A DNA stretch of 64,000 bases from the NCBI GenBank assembly GCA_964016885.1, contig OZ024757.1, positions 41,850,001-41,914,000 on the forward strand, in the 5' to 3' direction. Both the position numbers and the translations under genes were made by a program. The stretch is from Eledone cirrhosa (taxonomy: Eukaryota). Below the pieces are notes generated by a model. It was given only the letters and a program-made list of their open reading frames with translations, was not told the origin of the DNA and made no database searches. Position 1 is the first letter of the stretch; every line of letters starts with the position of its first letter. Positions 63,611 through 64,000 of the stretch are shown in pieces.

Positions 63611-63892
63611 TTAAGTGTAATTTAGAGTGTGTTGGGTGGAGGAATGGATGAAATGAGAAATCCCTGTTGAACAGTGGAGCACTTTTTAAAATAAATATTG
63701 TTTAGATAGTCAAAAGTAAAAAAACGAATAATATAAAAACAATGATAATATCGTTAGAAACATAAATATGTATGGTTATACTTTGGTAAGGTCATGTTGC
63801 CAATAAAAACACATGCACCAGTTCAGCTTCACTTTAGTTTTATTATTACTTCTTAGACAGCTCTTTTGGCCAATAAATTAAACATTAGTTAA

Positions 63893-64000
63893 GAGTGGTG
63901 GAGTGGCAGTATTGGTAGAGTGTTGAATAACATGCTTTGTGGCATATAGTTACATTATGACTTCTAATCCCACCAACATTAGCTTTTCCTTTCATCCCTA
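63893..64000 (+). mobile_element. Degenerate SINE head, cut by the window end
   Basis: GTGGTGGAGTGGCAGTATTGGTAGAG...TTCTAATCCCACC...CCTTTCATCC. Confidence 0.7.

Overview
Gene-poor, repeat-dominated eukaryotic DNA. The extreme (TA)n/(CA)n density, tRNA-derived SINEs and RTE LINE relics suggest an octopod cephalopod (inference, not verified). No intact host protein-coding gene is supported, and almost all listed ORFs are microsatellite or satellite artefacts. Region 1-29 kb is a mosaic of microsatellites, two or three SINE families, decayed RTE-clade LINEs, piggyBac-type and other MITEs, and minisatellites. Region 29.3-31.2 kb holds an 82-bp satellite. Region 31.6-61.2 kb is a ~29.6-kb A-tract satellite of 21/30/39-bp modules with 16 strand switches, a ~2.2-kb higher-order repeat and a 200-N gap. 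The most unusual signal is a set of type I hammerhead-ribozyme motifs of Penelope/retrozyme style among the microsatellites: one near-intact copy at 16773-16854 and several decayed ones. Three long palindromes (1299-1414, 2476-2592, 4696-4758) each consist of two inverted copies of only the 3' half of a hammerhead, joined at the helix II loop. An 11.4-kb inversion inside the satellite also carries a 235-bp inverted duplication at its breakpoints.
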